Shown: positions 57,410 to 64,000 of the stretch, piece by piece
Position numbering within the stretch: the stretch's first letter is position 1
How the letters are laid out: the number at the start of each line of letters is the position of its first letter
DNA from: Eledone cirrhosa
Lineage: Eukaryota
DNA length: 64,000 bases
Direction: 5' to 3'
NCBI GenBank assembly: GCA_964016885.1
Contig: OZ024741.1
Location: 192,510,001-192,574,000 of the forward strand
The notes under the pieces: model-generated
Database searches by the model: none
Told to the model about the DNA's origin: nothing
What the model saw: the letters and a program-made list of their open reading frames with translations, nothing else
Translations under genes and position numbers: made by a program

Positions 57410-57525
57410 CAACGTGAAATAAAGTGCCTTGCTCAAGGACATAACGCATCGCCCGGTCCAGGAATCGAACTCACAACCTCAAGATTGTGAATCCAATTCT
57501 CTAACCAATCAGCCACACGCCTTCA
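57410..57525 (-). mobile_element. Second tRNA-derived SINE family (CORE-like)
   Basis: Minus strand reads gtggctgattggttagag...gagttcgattcctggacc...tccttgagcaaggcactt. Confidence 0.65.
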
Positions 57526-57530
57526 CACAC

Positions 57531-57601
<71 letters not shown>

Positions 57602-57625
57602 TACATACATACATACATACATACA

Positions 57626-57699
<74 letters not shown>

Positions 57700-57729
57700 T
57701 TTCTTGCTAAAACAATCTCTATACCTCTC

Positions 57730-57796
<67 letters not shown>

Positions 57797-58028
57797 AGTT
57801 TTTTACATTCATTTAAATTATTGATTTATTGATATTTTATTTGAGTGACCCGAATCCTCCTGGTCGTTCTTTTTCGGCTGCGCGGGTGATTTTAGGCATA
57901 ATCTTTATGTGTTGGTAATTTAACGATAGTTATAGCTCTGATTTATCCAAATTATTGAGCCCTCTGCCACTCATATCGGATTTGTTTAGCGTTAATTCGT
58001 GAGCTGATTTTCCGATACTCGATTATTC

Positions 58029-58062
<34 letters not shown>

Positions 58063-58213
58063 CGAAGGAAATGTGGTAAGGAACCAGGTGGACCATAACG
58101 CACCAAAGTACTCAATACTTAGGGTAGTAGAGTGGGTAATAGGAACCAGTAAGACCCCGACAGCTGAGCTCAAGCAGTTTCGACGGCTAATTCGTCGGGG
58201 TCTTACTGGTTCC

Positions 58214-58298
<85 letters not shown>

Positions 58299-58774
58299 AG
58301 AAAAAGAGAGTAGATAAGACTAAATAACTGTTTCTACTTTAGGCACAAGGTCAGCAATTTGAAGGAGAGAGGAAAGTCGATTAAATACACCCCAGTGCAT
58401 TTCTGGTGCTTTATTTTATCGAACCCGTTAGGATGAAAGGCAAAGTTGACCTCAAGGGGATTTTAACTCAGAACATAAAGGACCGAAACTCTACCGCACT
58501 ACCGATCCACAGATCTTTTATCCTTAATTTATGATTTCTAATTTACGCACAAGGCCAGGTGAAGGGAAAGTCAATTACATTGGCCCTAGTACGTGACTGG
58601 TACTTTATGCAACCTGAAAGTATGTATTTGGTAACTAGATAATCGAAACATTTTGTCTAACATTTATCGATACTGCCTATCCACCACCCTCTTATCGTTA
58701 ATTAATAAAACAGTAATTATATAAAGTATGAAGAGATAGCTAAATACTTAGACAAGAGGAAAAGAGAGAAATTA

Positions 58775-58849
<75 letters not shown>

Positions 58850-58977
58850 AAGAGGGGGGATTTTTAACGTCATTTTAATTGCCATAATGACATAATTGTA
58901 ATTAGATTTAGAAAATTCCGACGAGAACAATAGAAAGTGACAGCTGTATATTAAGAGTTCCACTTCAGGCAACATAC

Positions 58978-59200
58978 CTCTCCGATTATTTCATTTCACT
59001 TGTAGCTGGAGGAGTATTGACATAGGTCCAACCTCTTCTACACTTAGTGTTCATTGCTCCAAGTATATTGATGCAAGTGTTTCGGTTGCAATGACAATGC
59101 GGCTGACCGGGTGGATAGAGTACGGAGTAAACAGCCGAGAGATAGGAAGTTCGTTTCATGCATTTGGTAATATGTTCTACCAATGCTCGGAACATTTAAC
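58978..59200 (-). pseudogene. Degenerate Cys-rich (EGF/laminin-EGF-like) exon candidate
   Basis: gacag acceptor and gtatg donor. KCSEH and HCHCNRNTC...KCRRGW fragments lie in different frames, with stops. Confidence 0.35.
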
Positions 59201-59757
59201 TGTCAACAATCTAACTAATAATTAGTTGGTACCCCAGTCTGGTATAATTCATTGTACTGTGTCCATGACCACAGAATTCAATGCTTCATTCAGTAAATAT
59301 TTATGCTAGAAAGTCACAATTTCAGAAACCTTTCAAGCTCAATTCACATAACAGCAACCATGCTAAACTCATGCAATGCTAGATCAGCTTCATAATACAT
59401 TAAACATAGCTATCATGAATACAGAAACTAAGCTGCTTTCGCCCCATTCGTTATATTGTGGTGGATTTGCAGAGTCGTTCAAACATCGGACTTATGCGTA
59501 GTAGTATTTTTCAGGCTGTTTGTTACCTTCTGGGTTTAAACCCTACTGACATCAACTTTGTCTTTCATACTAATGGAATGATGAAATAAAATACCAGTTA
59601 CGTACTGAGTTCAATTTAATCGACTTAGCTCCACACCCCCATCTCTGTGCGTATGTGTATGGGTGCGTATGTGTGAGTGCGTGTGTTGTGTGAAAATACA
59701 CTTGTATCAGGTATATATAAGTGTTTGATTATATGTGTCTGTTTTATACACACATGA

Positions 59758-59795
<38 letters not shown>

Positions 59796-59977
59796 CTGTG
59801 TATGTTTGTTAACAAATATTTTTAAATATTGTCATATTGATAAGAACATTTGTTGACAATTTATTAATGCCTACTGCTATGCCTATGTATTTACCAACAA
59901 CATGCGTTGTGTATGCGTCCATGCTAGTGTATATTGGTGCGAATCCCTATATCGGGTTACATTATTTTATATTAAAG

Positions 59978-60370
59978 TGGCGGTGGATTGGCAGTATCGG
60001 TAGAGGGTCAGACGCCATGCTTTCCAGCATAGTTACGTCCCTTTACGATCTGAGTTCAAATCCCGCCGAGGTTGACTTTGCCTTTCATCCTTACGGGGTC
60101 GATAAAATAAAGTACCAGTAATGCACTGGATAATTGCTGGCCTTGTGCCTAAAGTAGAAACAATTATTTTATATTAAAGTGGCGCGGATTGGCAGTATTG
60201 GTAGAGGGTCAGACGCCATGCTTTCCAGCATAGTTACGTCCCTTTACGGTCTGAGTTCAAATCCCGCCGAGGTTGACTTTGCCTTTCATCCTTATCGGGG
60301 TCGATAAAATAAAGTACCAGTAATGTACTGGGTAATTGATGGCCTTGTGCCAAAAAGTAGAAACAATTAT
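59978..60370 (+). mobile_element. Head-to-tail duplicated SINE pair
   Basis: Two full copies separated and flanked by ttttatattaaagt. Confidence 0.88.
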
Positions 60371-60729
60371 TTTATATTAAAGTAATGGTATAATCGCATG
60401 ATATATAAAAATAACTTGAAGGTGGTGCTGTACCATGACCGCACGCCAATGACCAAAACTAATAATAAAAAAAAAAAATAGAATAAAACATCTTTATATA
60501 TTATACTGCTGATGCTGATGCAAATTACACTCTTATCTATATTTATAAAAAGAGCCCTACATGGTTGTTCAAATTTTTGGAAATAGCAATAAAATTTTCC
60601 TTAAATCACATTAATGTTTTAAAAAAGATATCTAAAATTATATTAGGCAATATAGCATTAAATAGATGATATTGGAGAAATTATGATCGGATGGTCATTG
60701 CGGAAAATGTGGAGGACCATCGGATGGAC

Positions 60730-62180
60730 TGTACCTGTAATTCAAAAGGCTCAGCCTTGTCACACACTGTGTCACATTGATTCGAAATGTGAGTTACATT
60801 AAGAGTTACAATTGTTTGCAAAATACTCAATTGCTTATACTGTAATATGAAATGGACTCTACCTGTTGTGGGACTAGAGAGCCGGAAGTGCATGGGCAGT
60901 CTTTCCGGAAGCAGGGACATCACGTCGGAGATGTGTGTCGCTTGTATCGCAGTAGAGTGTGGAAGTTTGTAATTATTTGTGCGAATGAGCGTGTGAGTTT
61001 TGCTACGTTCTCTAGCCAGACGCGAATCAGGTATCACGCAGAGAGATTCAGTTTGGACATGAGTGGAGATGCAAAGGTAACATCATTCGCTTCTAACGAC
61101 AAGCTATTTCGGCAGTTCTGTTTTTATTTTTTTTTATTTTTACTTATCCTACTCGCAGAAGATATGGCGACAAAGCTAAGGGTCGGTAGCGACGTAATCA
61201 GAGCCTGGGGGGGGGATCTTTGGGATCATTGGGAGTGGGAGTGTGTGTGTGTGTGGGGGGGGGGGGGCTATGAGGCTAGGGAGCCGGAAGTGCAGAGGCA
61301 GTCTTGTCGGAGCAAGGGGACTTGACGCCACGTCGGAAGTGCGGGTGGTGTCTGTCGCTTGGTCCATTTCCGGCGGCAGAGTGTGGAGCTTATGATTACT
61401 TGTGCGAATAAGTGTGTGTGTGTGTGTGTGTGTGTTCTGCTATGTTCTCTGATCAGACATGAAACAGGTGAGCATCACGTAAGGAGATTGAGTCCGGACA
61501 CGATTGCAGATGGAGCGATAGGTCTCTTCCTTTCTTACGACACCTGTAATTCAAAATATCCATCCTTGTCACACGCTATGACGCTGATTCTAAGAATTAT
61601 GTGAAGTGTACAAGTGTCTGCATTGTACGCAGTCATTTGCAAACAGTGTCACTGTAATTCTGCTAGAGGATTACATTAAGAAGAAAAATGTTTTTGAATT
61701 GATCCACTATTTATACTATAATACCAGATAGACTGTAGCTGTAATTCTGAGAATTACATTAAGTATATATATGTATACGATAAGATGAACTATACATGTA
61801 ATTCAACGGCTAGTCTCGCCACACACATTCTCACGTTGATTCTGTCAGAGGATTACATTAGGAGTACGTGCGTATAATATAATTGAATTGTACTTTTAAT
61901 TGTACTGGCCGCTGAATTGTACTTTTAATTCAGCGGCCAGTCTCGCCACACACACACAGCCTCATGCTGGTTCTGCTTTGAACATTGTTTCACGTCAGAG
62001 TTATACATGTCAGCGGAATACTTACCATTACACTTGCTGTAATTAAAGGATCCAGCCTTGTTGTACACAGTGTCACATTGATTCTGCCTGGCACACCTGT
62101 TAGGGCAATAATAACCATCATCTTACATTTAGCATCATGATTTTGCCTAAGGGTGACGTTAAGTGTACACACGTATGTAG
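60730..62180. repeat. Diverged tandem ~110-bp units with two embedded ~250-bp direct repeats (60865-61110, 61272-61540)
   Basis: Recurring ctgtaattcaa...ccttgtcacac...gattc...ttacattaag blocks and a duplicated agagccggaagtgca block. Confidence 0.55.
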
Positions 62181-62420
62181 AATACTCTAGCTACTACAAT
62201 GTTTCTACTTTTGTCACAAGGCCATCCATTTGAAGAGAAGGAGAAAGTTGATTAAATTGTCTCCAGTGCAACTCTACATCCTTACGAGGCCGATAACTTT
62301 ATGTTATCGGCCTCGTAAGGATGAAAGGCAAAGCTAACCTCGGCAGGATATGAACTTAGAACCTAAAGGGGCGTAAACTATACAACGCAGATCCTATTGT
62401 CCAACGTGACAATCATACAA

Positions 62421-62602
62421 TAATTGTTTCTACTTTTTGGCACAAGGCCAGCAATTACCCCCAGTGCATTACTGGTGCTTTACTGGTGCAGAATCAACCC
62501 CGTAAGGATGAAAAGCAAAGTTAACTTCGGCGAGATTTGAACTCAGGACGCAAAGGGCCATAACTCTATGTTGCAAAGCATGGTGTCTGACGCTCTACCG
62601 AT
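62421..62602 (-). mobile_element. tRNA-type SINE copy
   Basis: Reverse complement of the family consensus. Confidence 0.8.
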
Positions 62603-62954
62603 AAAAGTGGACAGCGTTGTCAAACATAGTGACATATTGATACAGTCAAAGGATTGTATTAAATCTAGTGTCTGTAACACTAAAATCTAGTTTAGTCAGC
62701 AATTTGAGTAAATTGAACATCTGGAATGCTCATCGTGGAAATCGACGGAGAACTCAACTACTACATCAGTGTGTTTGTGAAATCATTTCTTTTTTGTGAA
62801 AGCGTGTGTATATTTTATGTCACTTTGTGTATAGGCTCCTGTTTACAGGTGTAAATTTGTGCATATGCATGTGTACACGCATCCGTGCGTGATAATATAC
62901 ATGCGGATGTATGCTTACGTCAATATCTGATTTTGTGTATGTTTCACTGTATGT

Positions 62955-62971
62955 ATGTAAATATATATACA

Positions 62972-63042
<71 letters not shown>

Positions 63043-63101
63043 GTATATATATTTATATATATGTATATATATATATATTTATATATATATTTATATGTAT
63101 G

Positions 63102-63136
<35 letters not shown>

Positions 63137-63216
63137 GTATATATATTTATATATATGTATATATATATATATTTATATATATATTTATATGTATGTATAT
63201 ATATACATATATATGA

Positions 63217-63248
<32 letters not shown>

Positions 63249-63325
63249 TCATATATAAATATGTATATATATATATATACACATATATACATATATATAT
63301 ATGTATATATATATATATGTATATA

Positions 63326-63390
<65 letters not shown>
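62955..63390. repeat. Long degenerate (TA)n microsatellite
   Basis: Directly visible. Confidence 0.95.
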
Positions 63391-63391
<1 letters not shown>

Positions 63392-64000
63392 GTGTGTGCA
63401 TACATACAAACAAACATACATACATACAAACATGGTGGCTGCCAACTCGTTTTCGAGTACGGCCACTACTTTATATCCATGTAGGAGAACTCCTACCGAT
63501 GCGCTGAACGAGTGTGACTTTTTAGTCCAGCCAGCGACCCGAAAACTCTGGTACAGACACTACACTTGTGACAATTATTGACACATAGTGCTAGGCCCTT
63601 GGTACCATGTGACGACAAGTGCAGAGAGATCTCCAGATATAAAGCAATGCCTGTGCCGTGAAGCTTTTATAGTGTGCAAAGCCAGTCCCATCTCTTAACC
63701 AACATGATATTTACCAAAAAGAAGAACAAGTCAACATCATTGGATACCATCAGGGTTGCAGGTGTTATATCAGAGTTTTCCTTCTCCTTGAATTCTGCCT
63801 TGACAAAGGCTAAGAGGTCGTCTCTCATACATACATACATACATACATACATACATACACACATACAAACACATACATACGTACATATGCACATACAAAC
63901 ATACATACGGACATACAAAAACACATACATACATACACACATACAAACACACCTACATACGGATACACGTCAACTAGATGACTCTTAGCACTTGTAAACA

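Overview
Eukaryotic, AT-rich, microsatellite-saturated DNA. The repeat content resembles an octopod/cephalopod genome (inference only). Almost all listed ORFs are artefacts of (TA)n, (CA)n and (GA)n tracts. Real coding sequence comes from retroelements: two GIY-YIG Penelope-like elements (PLEs; 20.7-24.05 kb and 44.8-47.5 kb), a PLE 3' fragment, a 5'-truncated RTE LINE with an intact 705-aa RT ORF, RTE fragments and a decayed mariner transposase. There is also at least one well-spliced transmembrane exon of a minus-strand host gene. Non-coding repeats include ~20 copies of one tRNA-type SINE, Helitron-like elements, a hAT MITE and satellites with 24-, 40-, 82-, ~100- and ~200-bp units. The most striking hidden content is RNA structure. 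At least 10 hammerhead ribozyme (HHR) motifs with intact cores and very different stem II domains can be read directly from the sequence, mostly in (TA)n-flanked fold-back relics of PLEs. Two non-HHR structured RNA motifs recur with compensatory base changes, including a tandem pair of ~220-nt multi-helix domains at 24.8-25.3 kb that I cannot assign to a known family.
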